Shown: in pieces, positions 1 to 8,713 of the stretch
Layout of the letters: each line of letters opens with the position of its first letter
Numbering within the stretch: position 1 is the first letter of the stretch
Source: an uncultured Oscillospiraceae bacterium
GTDB lineage: Bacteria; Bacillota; Clostridia; Oscillospirales; Oscillospiraceae
NCBI GenBank assembly: GCA_944385695.1
Contig: CALWYG010000051.1
Coordinates: 17,996 to 81,995, forward strand
Length of the DNA: 64,000 nt
Reading direction: 5' to 3'
Made by a program: the position numbers and the translations under genes
The notes under the pieces: model-generated
Databases searched by the model: none
Told to the model about the DNA's origin: nothing
What the model saw: the letters and a program-made list of their open reading frames with translations, nothing else

Positions 1-1
1 G

Positions 2-463
2 CTGCCCTGGGGAGAACATGAGGATGACCCGCGCTGTGTAAAAGCCAAGCAAAAGATGGCCCAGGCTCTGGAACTGGCGTATGAGGCGGGGTTTCGGCAC
101 TTTATGTGCGGTATGGCCAAGGGCGGAGACCTCTACTTTGCCCAGGCGGTGCTGGAGCTGCGGAAGCGGCGGCCGGACGTCACGCTGGAGGGCGTGCGCC
201 CCTATGAGAAACAGGCGGACAGCTGGTCGGCGGCGGATCGGCAGCGGTACTGGGCCATTTTGGACCAGTGCGACTATGAGACCCTAATCCAGCATCACTA
301 CGACCGCTTCTGTATGATGCGGCGAAACCGCTATATGGTGGACCGCTCCGCCTGCATCATTGCCCTATATAACGGAGAGCCCAAGGGGGGCACTGCCCAG
401 ACTCTGGCCTACGCCCTGCGAAAAAAGCTGGAAACTCACATTTTAAATCCGGAGGAAGAGTGA
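2..463 (+). CDS. SLOG/DUF1273 (YpsA-like) family protein, 5' end outside window
   Basis: Frame open from position 2; motifs FMCGMAKGGDLYFA, RNRYMVDRS, GGTAQT. Confidence 0.75.
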   Translation: MPWGEHEDDPRCVKAKQKMAQALELAYEAGFRHFMCGMAKGGDLYFAQAVLELRKRRPDVTLEGVRPYEKQADSWSAADRQRYWAILDQCDYETLIQHHYDRFCMMRRNRYMVDRSACIIALYNGEPKGGTAQTLAYALRKKLETHILNPEEE

Positions 464-1038
464 TGAATACCCTCATGCATATCTGCTGTGCCCCCTGTGC
501 CAACCGCCCCATCGCCCAGCTGCGGGAGGAGGGAATCCAGGTGGCGGGCTTCTGGTTTAATCCCAACATCCATCCCTATACGGAGTACCAGGCCCGAAAG
601 CACACCCTGGAGGACTATGCCAAGGAGATCGGAATGAAACTGATCATCGGCGGCTCCTATGACCTGCGCTCCTTCATTACCGCCGTGGCGGGGGATATCG
701 ACGGGCGCTGCGCCTACTGCTACCTGGTGCGGATGGAGGAGACGGCCAAATATGCCGCGGAAAACGGCTATGACAGCTTTACCACCTCCCTGCTGATTTC
801 TCCCTACCAGCGCCATGAGGCCATTGCCGCCGTGGCCCGGGAGATGGGAGAGAAGTACGGCGTGGAGTTTCTCTACCGGGACTTCCGGCCTCTCTTCCAG
901 GAGGGACAGGCCTTTGCCCGGGAGCATGGATTTTATATGCAGAAGTATTGCGGCTGTATCTTCAGTGAAGAGGACCGGTACATGGCCGCCAAGCGGAAGA
1001 AGGCCGCCAGGAGGCTGGAGCAGGAGAAGGCCCAATAA
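460..1038 (+). CDS. queH: Epoxyqueuosine reductase QueH (DUF208)
   Basis: HICCAPC, NPNIHP, CxxC (RCAYCY), FTTSLLISP, YCGC motifs. Confidence 0.92.
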   Translation: MMNTLMHICCAPCANRPIAQLREEGIQVAGFWFNPNIHPYTEYQARKHTLEDYAKEIGMKLIIGGSYDLRSFITAVAGDIDGRCAYCYLVRMEETAKYAAENGYDSFTTSLLISPYQRHEAIAAVAREMGEKYGVEFLYRDFRPLFQEGQAFAREHGFYMQKYCGCIFSEEDRYMAAKRKKAARRLEQEKAQ

Positions 1039-1046
1039 ATATAAAG

Positions 1047-1078
1047 AAGACCCGCCCCGGATGGGGCGGGTCTTTTTT
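1047..1078. terminator. Intrinsic terminator between convergent queH and gltS
   Basis: aagacccgcccc-ggat-ggggcgggtctt followed by T-run. Confidence 0.8.
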
Positions 1079-1087
1079 ATAAGGTGC

Positions 1088-2332
1088 TTAGCCGAAGAGC
1101 GGCAGGATGTTCAGGAAACCGGTGATGATAAGGCCGTTGAAAAAGTCGATGAACAGGGAGCCCACCAGGGGGACGATGAAGTAGGCCTGGGGAGCGGGGC
1201 CGTACTGCTTGGTAACGGCCTGCATGTTGGCCATGGCGTTGGGGGTAGCACCCATGCCGAAGCCGCAGAAGGCGGCGGTCATCACAGCGGCCTCATAGTC
1301 ACGGCCCATGATGTTGTAGACCACAAAGCGGGCGAAGAAGAACATGAGGACGGTCTGGGCCAGGAGCATGACGCTCATGGGGCCGGCCACCTTGGCCAGA
1401 TCCCACAGAGCCACGGACATGAGGGCGATGGCCAGGAAGATGGACAGGGACACGCTGCCCCACAGGTCCAGGGCCTTGGCGGGCAGCACAATGCGGCGGG
1501 CGTCACAGAAGTTGCGGATGACGGCGGCAATGAGCATAGCGCCGATGTAGGTGGGGAAGGTGAAGTTGAACTCGAAGTTGCCGATCTGAATGTGGATGTT
1601 GTTCAGTGCCATGGTGAGCAGGGTGCCCAGACCGGAGGCCACAATCAGCAGGATAGCGGCGTTGGTGAAGGACTCGGCATCCACGCGCTCGGCCTTGGCC
1701 TTGTCCTCGGCGGACTCGTCGGCCATCTCCATCAGCTCGGTGGAACTCTCGGTGGACTTCAGACCGAAGCGGTTGATGATGCTCCGGGCGGTGGGGCCGC
1801 CCATGAGAGAACCGGCCACCAGACCGTAGGTGGCGGCAGCCACAGCGATGGCATTGGCGGAGGCAATCTTCAGCTCGTTTTCCATCATGGGGCCGTAGGA
1901 GCCGGCGGTGCCGTGTCCGCCCACCATGGGGATGGAGCCGGTGCACAGGCCCAGACGCAGATCCCAGTCAAAGACACCAGCCAGCACGGAGCTGACGATG
2001 TTCTGGAGAAACACCATCACAATGGCCACCAGCAGGAAGGTGACGACCTTCTTTCCGCCCTTTTTCAGCAGGCGGAAGCAGGCGGTATAGCCCACGCTGG
2101 TGAAGAACAGGGTCATGAAGAAATCCTTCACGTTGGAGTCGAAGGTAAACTGTACCACGCCCGCCATCCGCAGGGCCAGATGGGCGATGGCAAAGATCAG
2201 GCCGCCCACCACCGGGGCAGGGATGCAGCATTTCCTCAAAAATTCCACACGGTTGGTGAGGAAGCGGCCCACTACGAACAGCAGCATAGCAATGGCCGCG
2301 GTCTGATACATGTTAAGGGTAATTTCTAACAT
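1088..2332 (-). CDS. gltS: Sodium/glutamate symporter
   Basis: IPAPVVGG, GGHGTA, GFGMGATPNAMANM motifs; start placed at MLEITL after an AAGGAG RBS. Confidence 0.9.
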   Translation of the reverse strand: MLEITLNMYQTAAIAMLLFVVGRFLTNRVEFLRKCCIPAPVVGGLIFAIAHLALRMAGVVQFTFDSNVKDFFMTLFFTSVGYTACFRLLKKGGKKVVTFLLVAIVMVFLQNIVSSVLAGVFDWDLRLGLCTGSIPMVGGHGTAGSYGPMMENELKIASANAIAVAAATYGLVAGSLMGGPTARSIINRFGLKSTESSTELMEMADESAEDKAKAERVDAESFTNAAILLIVASGLGTLLTMALNNIHIQIGNFEFNFTFPTYIGAMLIAAVIRNFCDARRIVLPAKALDLWGSVSLSIFLAIALMSVALWDLAKVAGPMSVMLLAQTVLMFFFARFVVYNIMGRDYEAAVMTAAFCGFGMGATPNAMANMQAVTKQYGPAPQAYFIVPLVGSLFIDFFNGLIITGFLNILPLFG

Positions 2333-2670
2333 TGATATCTCTCCTTCTTTCTCCACGATTTAAATTCCGGCAATACGCCATTTCTGCCGGAAAGGGGAAG
2401 CCGCGCTGCCGCGGCCCTCATTACAGCGGTATTGTAATCTGCCACCATCAAAAAACTTCAGATTCCGACAGCCGGGAAAAAACTTCTCTTAAAATAACAA
2501 AGCGATTTCCTGGTTTTTGTCTTCTTTCAACAAAGGAAAACCGGAAAACGGTAAATAAATCGTCGGTGAAAGAAAATGATAAAGGAAAACGATGAATCTA
2601 TGAAGACAAAAGAAGGCTTCTGAACCCGGCGATTCAGAAGCCTTTATGACAAAGCTGTGCAGGGCGGCGG

Positions 2671-3513
2671 TCAGTCTTCTTCCAGGAGAAGAACCAACCC
2701 GTCCAGAAATTTTTTAAGACTGGCCTTGCCCCGCTGGCCCTTTCCCTGCTGAAAGGCCATCTCGGCCCGGACCTCCTGGAAGGGGAAGAGCCGGGCGGCA
2801 TAGCGGAGGAATACTTCGTTGTTGTAGTCTTCCAGACCCAGACTGGCCATGTGGCTCAGACAACGGTCCACTGCCCGCCTGGCCCGCTGCTCAATGGTTT
2901 TGGGCGGCCCGGGAAGGCGGGTGCACAGCGTGGACACAGGAATTTGGGACGCGCTGCCCCCCTCCTGCAAAAGCAGGGCGCACAAGTCCATAATATCCTT
3001 GGACCCTTTTTCTCCGGCCATACCCAGCTGGGAGAGAATATATTTCAAGCGTTTAAGCCGGTAGTCGGAGGGGGCGGCGGGCTGAGGGACCTCGGCGGTG
3101 TCCCGTCCGGCAAAAACTCTCTGGATCGTGCGCAGGGCGCGCTCGTTTTCAATTTGTGTTTTCACGGTGGTGATGACCTGGCGTACCTCGATGAGGTTAA
3201 TGGGCTTTTGAATAAAGAAGGAGACCCCGGCCATGTAGGCTTTTGCAATCATTTCTTTGGCGGATACTTGCGAGATCATAATAAATTTGGCCTCCGAGCC
3301 CATCTCCCGCAGTTCCCGTACCACCTGTATGCCGTCCTTTTCCGGCATGAGCAGGTCGATTAGGATGAGGTCGGGGGCCAAGGCCAGGATCTGAGACAGA
3401 TCAGGGGGACCGTCTCCGGTGTCGCCGCAGATGGTGCCCAGGCCGCTGCCCTCCACAATGTCTTCCAGAATGCCGATGACAGACAGGTCATCTTCGATGA
3501 TATAAATTCTCAT
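2671..3513 (-). CDS. Response regulator with YcbB-type output domain (GlnL-like)
   Basis: Receiver domain (IEDD, DLLMP, KP); C-terminal LGMAGEKGSKDI and IEQRARRA motifs of the YcbB domain. Confidence 0.8.
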   Translation of the reverse strand: MRIYIIEDDLSVIGILEDIVEGSGLGTICGDTGDGPPDLSQILALAPDLILIDLLMPEKDGIQVVRELREMGSEAKFIMISQVSAKEMIAKAYMAGVSFFIQKPINLIEVRQVITTVKTQIENERALRTIQRVFAGRDTAEVPQPAAPSDYRLKRLKYILSQLGMAGEKGSKDIMDLCALLLQEGGSASQIPVSTLCTRLPGPPKTIEQRARRAVDRCLSHMASLGLEDYNNEVFLRYAARLFPFQEVRAEMAFQQGKGQRGKASLKKFLDGLVLLLEED

Positions 3514-4826
3514 GCCTTGTCACCTCCTGTAATCGCGGCCAGAGGAAGCCGCACTTGAAAGACGGTACCTTGATTCAGCTGGGATTCCACCTGAATGGAG
3601 CCGCCCAGCTCTTCGACGATGTATTGCACGGCGGGCAGACCCACGCCCCGGTTCATATCGCCGGTGGCGGCGTTGAATTTGGTGGAATAGCCCACCTGAA
3701 AGAGCATTTTAATGGCTCTGGGAGGGATTCCCGGGCCGTCATCCGAGACGAGCAGCAGAAAATCTTCTCCCTCGGTTTTGGTCTCCACCCGGACAGAGCC
3801 CCGACCCTTCCCGGACTGGATGGCCTCCACCGCGTTGGTCACCAGATTCTTTAGAATGGAGAGCAGGCGGTAGTGCTCCCGCAGGGAGAGATTCTCCTGG
3901 CAATGACAATCCAGACGAATGTCCGCCCGCTGCTTGCCCAAAAACTGTCGGGTGGAAATTTCCAGAATGTTGAGCAGATCTTGCAGGGACATGTCCTCGT
4001 GGTCATAGGCCGCGGCCACATTTTCCTCCAGGCCCCGGATAATGCGCAGGTTGTCCTTTTTCACCTCGTGGACGTCCCGGGCGATGGACAGGGCCAGGGA
4101 GGCCAGCTCCGGATCGGAATGGCCCTCCAGACGTTCGTACAGGCGGTAAGCGTTGGACATGACCCCTTCGATGTCCTCGGCATCCTTTTTCAGAAAGTAG
4201 AGCTCCGTTTTCAGGCTGGCGGTCATCAAAAACAGCCGGCGATAGCGGTGCTCGTGCTCCTCCCGAATCAGCAGCTGCCGATAGCTTTTGGAGACCCACA
4301 AGATGGCGCAGGCGGTGAAGGACCGGGCGACAGCCAGCCCAGCCAGGGAGAGGGCGGGGGGAAAGGCGTTGCCCTGGGGATGCATGTGGCTGGAAAGCAG
4401 CAAGTTGACGGTGTTGGAGCTCAGATCACACAGCATAAAAACAGCCCACAGCCGCATGGGGGAGACATATCTCCGATCCCGCACCAGCAGGCACAGCAGG
4501 GCATCGTAGCAGAGATAAAATACGCCGCCGGGGTATTCCAGAATCAGGGCGCGCAGCAAGGTGGTCCCCTGAAGCAGGTCGATGGCCATGCGGATCAAAA
4601 GCACGCACAGCCCCGTCACCAGTCCCGTGCTGGGGCGGTGGCTGTCCCGCATCATGGTCACCAGCAGGGCGGGGTATAGGATTACCGCGGCAGAGACCCG
4701 GAATCCTTCGGCCCATACGGATAAGTACAGCTGCCCTGAGAGGGCTACCAGCAGCCCGATCAGAAGCTGCCGCTGCCAGAATTTCAGGTGAAAGAGAGAA
4801 AGACTGCTGAGATTTGGCCGGTCCAA
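3510..4826 (-). CDS. Sensor histidine kinase (GlnK/YcbA-like)
   Basis: N-terminal TM region, DVHEVKK H-box, NLVTNAVEA, DDGPGI, GVGL; probable TTG start at 4826 (GTG at 4835 alternative); ORF-track extension to 5123 overlaps rplT and is rejected. Confidence 0.8.
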   Translation of the reverse strand: MDRPNLSSLSLFHLKFWQRQLLIGLLVALSGQLYLSVWAEGFRVSAAVILYPALLVTMMRDSHRPSTGLVTGLCVLLIRMAIDLLQGTTLLRALILEYPGGVFYLCYDALLCLLVRDRRYVSPMRLWAVFMLCDLSSNTVNLLLSSHMHPQGNAFPPALSLAGLAVARSFTACAILWVSKSYRQLLIREEHEHRYRRLFLMTASLKTELYFLKKDAEDIEGVMSNAYRLYERLEGHSDPELASLALSIARDVHEVKKDNLRIIRGLEENVAAAYDHEDMSLQDLLNILEISTRQFLGKQRADIRLDCHCQENLSLREHYRLLSILKNLVTNAVEAIQSGKGRGSVRVETKTEGEDFLLLVSDDGPGIPPRAIKMLFQVGYSTKFNAATGDMNRGVGLPAVQYIVEELGGSIQVESQLNQGTVFQVRLPLAAITGGDKA

Positions 4827-4896
4827 AACGTTCACCGCCTTTCCAAGTTCCTTTCTTCCATCATAAGGGAAAAGCTGTGGTTGCGCAAGAGAAAAT

Positions 4897-4925
4897 AAAA
4901 AACCGGCGCCGGAAAGCGGCGCCGG
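4897..4925 (-). terminator. Terminator after rplT
   Basis: ccggcgccg/cggcgccgg stem with T-run on minus strand. Confidence 0.75.
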
Positions 4926-4945
4926 AAAAATGAAAGAAATCAGCC

Positions 4946-5302
4946 TCAGGCCAGGGCCTTCTTGGCGGTGTCGGTCAGCTGGGTGAAAGCGGCCTTGTCG
5001 TTGACAGCCAGCTCGGCCAGCATCTTGCGGTTGATGACGATGCCGGACTTCTTCAGACCGTTCATGAAGGTGGAATAGTTCATGCCGTTGAGCTTGCAAG
5101 CGGCATTGATACGGGCAATCCACAGCTGACGGAAGTCACGCTTCTTCAGCTTGCGGCCGGTGTAGGCGTAAACGCCGGACTTCATCACGGCCTGGTTGGC
5201 CATCTTGAAGTGCTTGGACTTGGAACCCCAGTAGCCCTTGGCCATCTTGAGGATTTTGTTTCTTCTCTTGCGCGTCATCATCGCGCCCTTAACTCTTGCC
5301 AT
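4946..5302 (-). CDS. rplT: 50S ribosomal protein L20
   Basis: MARVKG...[16 protein letters not shown]...NRKMLAELA. Confidence 0.98.
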   Translation of the reverse strand: MARVKGAMMTRKRRNKILKMAKGYWGSKSKHFKMANQAVMKSGVYAYTGRKLKKRDFRQLWIARINAACKLNGMNYSTFMNGLKKSGIVINRKMLAELAVNDKAAFTQLTDTAKKALA

Positions 5303-5322
5303 TGTTCGTTCCCTCCCTTATC

Positions 5323-5532
5323 TTACTTGTACAGGATCATGCGCTTGATCGCGGCCTCGTTGGTCTTGTCGGCATAGGTGGTGCCGCGCAGAGCCCGCTT
5401 CAGCTTGGTGGTCTTGCCGTGGCCGTTGAGCAGGTGACGCTTCTTGGTCATGGCGCGCTTGACCTTGCCGGTTTTGGTGAGAGAGAAGCGCTTTTTGGCG
5501 CCGCTGTGAGTCTTGATCTTGATCTTCGGCAT
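5323..5532 (-). CDS. rpmI: 50S ribosomal protein L35
   Basis: MPKIKIKTHSGAKKRF; position between infC and rplT. Confidence 0.97.
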   Translation of the reverse strand: MPKIKIKTHSGAKKRFSLTKTGKVKRAMTKKRHLLNGHGKTTKLKRALRGTTYADKTNEAAIKRMILYK

Positions 5533-5550
5533 AACAGAAAACTCCTTTAC

Positions 5551-6081
5551 TTACTTTTTGGCATCCTTGGCAGGCTTGGGGGAAAGGAAAATGGACATGT
5601 GCCGGCCCTCAAGCTTGGGGGATTTATCCATCACTGCCTGTTCGCCGCACTCTTCGGCAAACTTCAGCAGCAGATCCTGGCCGATGTTGGTGTGGGCCAT
5701 TTCCCGGCCACGGAAGCGGACGGTGACTTTGCACCGGTTGCCGTCGGCCAGGAACTTCTGGGCATTTCTCAGCTTCACATTGAAGTCGTTGACGTCAATG
5801 CTGGGAGACATGCGGATCTCCTTGATCTCCACCACGCGCTGATTCTTGCGGGCTTCCTTCTCACGCTTGGTCTGTTCGAACCGAAACTTGCCGTAATCCA
5901 TCAGCTTGCAGACCGGGGGAACGGCGTTGGGCGAGATCTTGACCAGATCCAGATTGTGTTCTTCCGCCAGGCGAAGGGCCTCCTGAGAGGACATGATGCC
6001 CAGCTGTTCGCCGGACTCGGAAATCAGTCTGACTTCTTTGTCGCGAATCTCCTCGTTGGTTTGATGACCTGTGTTAGCGAT
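5551..6081 (-). CDS. infC: Translation initiation factor IF-3, non-canonical ATC start
   Basis: NEEIRDKEVRLI, PPVCKLMDYGK, RFRGRE; GGAGG at 6091-6095 lies 9 nt before the in-frame ATC. Confidence 0.95.
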   Translation of the reverse strand: MANTGHQTNEEIRDKEVRLISESGEQLGIMSSQEALRLAEEHNLDLVKISPNAVPPVCKLMDYGKFRFEQTKREKEARKNQRVVEIKEIRMSPSIDVNDFNVKLRNAQKFLADGNRCKVTVRFRGREMAHTNIGQDLLLKFAEECGEQAVMDKSPKLEGRHMSIFLSPKPAKDAKK

Positions 6082-6099
6082 GGGAAAGCACCTCCAGAC

Positions 6100-6235
6100 A
6101 ATAAAAAATGTGGGTTGCCGGTTTGGCTCCCACATCACAACAAAACAACGCCGAATACTCGGCGGAGTTGTTACCTGTTAACCCTTTGGCTCTGGCCTGG
6201 GGTGAGGACGGGGAACCGTACCTGCTTACTTGTGC
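6100..6235 (-). promoter_or_regulatory. L20 leader (ribosomal-protein autoregulatory attenuator)
   Basis: Upstream of infC-rpmI-rplT; agtaagcagg...cctcacc segment and terminator atgtggg...cccacattttt; boundaries approximate. Confidence 0.7.
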
Positions 6236-6241
6236 GTTGGA

Positions 6242-6270
6242 ATTATAGCACCGGGGAATAGAACTGTCAA
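6242..6270 (-). promoter_or_regulatory. Sigma-A promoter of infC operon
   Basis: TTGACA-17 nt-TATAAT with extended TG. Confidence 0.9.
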
Positions 6271-6380
6271 TAGAAAAATTGAGATTTTTTGCTTTTTTGC
6301 CCTAAAATGAGCAAGAAAAGAGGATGGCCTGAGGGGAAAGAGATTTACATAACTGCTATACATAACGGACGATAAAATGT

Positions 6381-6520
6381 TTCTCCACATTTTCCACATG
6401 ATTTTCCACAATTCAAATGTGGAAAACTGTCGAGAAAGAACGAAAAGTAGGAAGAAACCAATAAACTGTTTGAAATTGGCAAAATTTAATTGTAAAACTG
6501 AGATTACATAATGTGGAAAA
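6381..6520. repeat. Cluster of DnaA-box-like 9-mers
   Basis: TTCTCCACA 6381, TTTTCCACA 6390 and 6402, TGTGGAAAA 6418 and 6512 in an AT-rich intergenic region. Confidence 0.65.
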
Positions 6521-6619
6521 GTCCCGAAAAAGAGGATGATCCAAGTGCGGTATTCCGGGTGGCGGGGGCTTTTGTGGTGATGTGCGGCATATCGGTTCAA
6601 GCGCAAGGGACTCAGGGGC

Positions 6620-7630
6620 TTATCCCAAAGAGATATCCCGGGTGGCGTAGGCGTTTAAGTCCAGTCCGGCCAGATGTCCGGCCTGGTACTCATAAAAGCC
6701 CTGACAGCCGATCATAGCGGCGTTGTCGCCGCAGTAGCGCAGCTCCGGCAGATAGAGCTTGTCCCCGGATTGGGCGCAGGCCTGCTGAAGGTCGCCCCGG
6801 ATGCGGCTGTTGGCGGCCACGCCTCCTGCCACGGCCAGCTTGCCGTAGCCCTTGGCGTGCAGGGCGGCCATGGCCCGGGGCACCAGACTGTCACTCACCG
6901 CCCGGCCAAAGCTGGCGGCAAAGGCGGGCAGATCCAGCTGCTCTCCCTTCTGCTGGGCATTGTGGATGAGATTGAGGCTGGCGGTCTTTAAACCGGAAAA
7001 GGACATATCCAGCTCAGCCCCGGTCACATGGGCCACAGGGAGCTCGTATTTGTGGTCGTCCCCCCCCTGGGCCAGCTTGTCCATGGGGGCACCGCCGGGA
7101 TAGCCGATGCCCAGCACCCGGGCCACCTTGTCAAAGCACTCTCCCGCCGCGTCGTCCCGGGTACCACCCAGGATTTCCATGTCTGTGTAGGACTTTACAT
7201 CCACAATGGCGGTGGTACCTCCGGAGATGCACAGGCACACAAAGGGGGGCTCCAGGTCCGGGTGGGTAATGTAGTTGGCAGCGATGTGGCCCCGGACATG
7301 GTGGACGGGAATGAGGGGCAGGCCCAGAGAGGCGGCCGCTCCCTTGGCAAAGTTCACCCCCACCAGCACCGCTCCAATGAGGCCGGGGGCATAGGTGACG
7401 GCAATGGCGTCCAGATCCTTCCGAGTAAGGCCTGCGTCGGACAGTGCCTGGTCTGCCAGGCCATATACCGCTTCGATATGCTTCCGGGAGGCGATCTCAG
7501 GGACCACGCCTCCGTAGATGGTGTGCATCTCGATTTGAGAGGAAACACAGCTGGACAGCACGGTCCGGCCGTCTTTGACTACGGCGGCAGCGGTGTCGTC
7601 GCAGGAGGACTCAATGGCAAGGATGTTCAT
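6620..7630 (-). CDS. tsaD: tRNA N6-threonylcarbamoyltransferase complex subunit TsaD
   Basis: IESSCDDT, GGVVPEIASRKH, HHVRGH, DDAAGECFDK, DNAAMI. Confidence 0.95.
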   Translation of the reverse strand: MNILAIESSCDDTAAAVVKDGRTVLSSCVSSQIEMHTIYGGVVPEIASRKHIEAVYGLADQALSDAGLTRKDLDAIAVTYAPGLIGAVLVGVNFAKGAAASLGLPLIPVHHVRGHIAANYITHPDLEPPFVCLCISGGTTAIVDVKSYTDMEILGGTRDDAAGECFDKVARVLGIGYPGGAPMDKLAQGGDDHKYELPVAHVTGAELDMSFSGLKTASLNLIHNAQQKGEQLDLPAFAASFGRAVSDSLVPRAMAALHAKGYGKLAVAGGVAANSRIRGDLQQACAQSGDKLYLPELRYCGDNAAMIGCQGFYEYQAGHLAGLDLNAYATRDISLG

Positions 7631-7635
7631 GGCAG

Positions 7636-8097
7636 TTACTCCTTATTCTCATTTTGGGAAAACTCCCGGGTCATGATGACCGCGTCCTCCCGGGGCTGCT
7701 GGTAGTAGCCTGGACGCAAGCCCGCCCGCTGGAAGCCGTATTTCTCATAGAGGCCGATGGCCGCTTGATTGGACGCCCGTACCTCCAGGGTAAGAAACGC
7801 CAGATTCACCGCGCCGAACCGGCAGTACACATCCAGCAGGGCGGAGGCCACGCCGTGACGTCGGGCGTCGGGCTGGACGGCGATGTTGTCAATGTAGCCC
7901 TCGTCCAGCACCACATGCAGCCCGGCGTAGCCCAGAATGTTTCCATCGTCGTCTTCAGCCACAATAAAGCTGGCCTGGGGGTTAAAGAGCTCCTCTTCCA
8001 GCATGGCCTCGGTCCAGGGGGTGGAAAAGCATTCACGCTCCAGCTGGGCAATCTGAGCGATGTGACTGCGGTCCATGGGGACAATTTCATAGTACAT
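7636..8097 (-). CDS. rimI: Ribosomal-protein alanine N-acetyltransferase (GNAT)
   Basis: NIAV.PDARRHG, LTLEVRASN, LYEKYGF...YY; adjacent to tsaD; start MYYEIV with RBS. Confidence 0.88.
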   Translation of the reverse strand: MYYEIVPMDRSHIAQIAQLERECFSTPWTEAMLEEELFNPQASFIVAEDDDGNILGYAGLHVVLDEGYIDNIAVQPDARRHGVASALLDVYCRFGAVNLAFLTLEVRASNQAAIGLYEKYGFQRAGLRPGYYQQPREDAVIMTREFSQNENKE

Positions 8098-8168
8098 AAT
8101 AAATACTCCTGGTATTGAAATAATTTGAAATTGCAAAACGGAGATAAAAATTAGGCGCGGGGCAACGT

Positions 8169-8573
8169 TTATTTGAGAAAATACGCCCCCCAGACGAGCC
8201 AGGCCAGTACACAGCCTGCCGCCGGGGCAATGGAGCCTAGAGCAAGAATCGTCCAGAACAGGGCGTCCAAGCCCGGTGTCGTGTAAGACGCTATGGTGAA
8301 GCAGCCAAGCAGAACGAACACCACTACGGTCAGCTCAATGGCCAGGAATTTGGAGCCTCCTTCCCACCGGCGGCACAGCAGAAGCTGAAGAGCGAAGAAG
8401 GGGACCGCATGGCCGCCCGCTACCAGACAGAGATGGAGCTGAGAGACCACATACGCCATGGGGGAGTCGGGAAGGGTCCCTCCGAAGAGGAGAAACAAAA
8501 CAAGAAGGAGGGTATAGCCCAGCGTGCCCACCAGAAAAACAACCAATAAACATACGTCGGTACGGGTTTTCAT
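8169..8573 (-). CDS. Hypothetical membrane protein (about 4 TM helices)
   Basis: GAGGAGG RBS; hydrophobic segments. Confidence 0.65.
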   Translation of the reverse strand: MKTRTDVCLLVVFLVGTLGYTLLLVLFLLFGGTLPDSPMAYVVSQLHLCLVAGGHAVPFFALQLLLCRRWEGGSKFLAIELTVVVFVLLGCFTIASYTTPGLDALFWTILALGSIAPAAGCVLAWLVWGAYFLK

Positions 8574-8713
8574 AGGATGACCTCCTCTTAATTACAAAGG
8601 CGGATAGGGTCATCTTCAGTGTAGCAGAGACAGGGCGTGCATTCAACGGAGTTGAGACAGGTGGCTGCTTTTGCAGGATAAACGGTTACATGAAGCGCCT
8701 GTTTGCGAATGGA

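Noticed and set aside
815-2329. Long antisense ORFs (also 17822-19213, 21953-23296, 30296-31453, 38557-39945, 40176-41750, 43581-44927, 61814-63424)
   Set aside because: Shadows of genuine genes on the opposite strand caused by GC-rich codon bias; no recognisable motifs or RBS.
6381-6520. Chromosomal origin oriC
   Set aside because: No dnaA, dnaN, rpmH or gyrB neighbourhood; boxes alone are insufficient.
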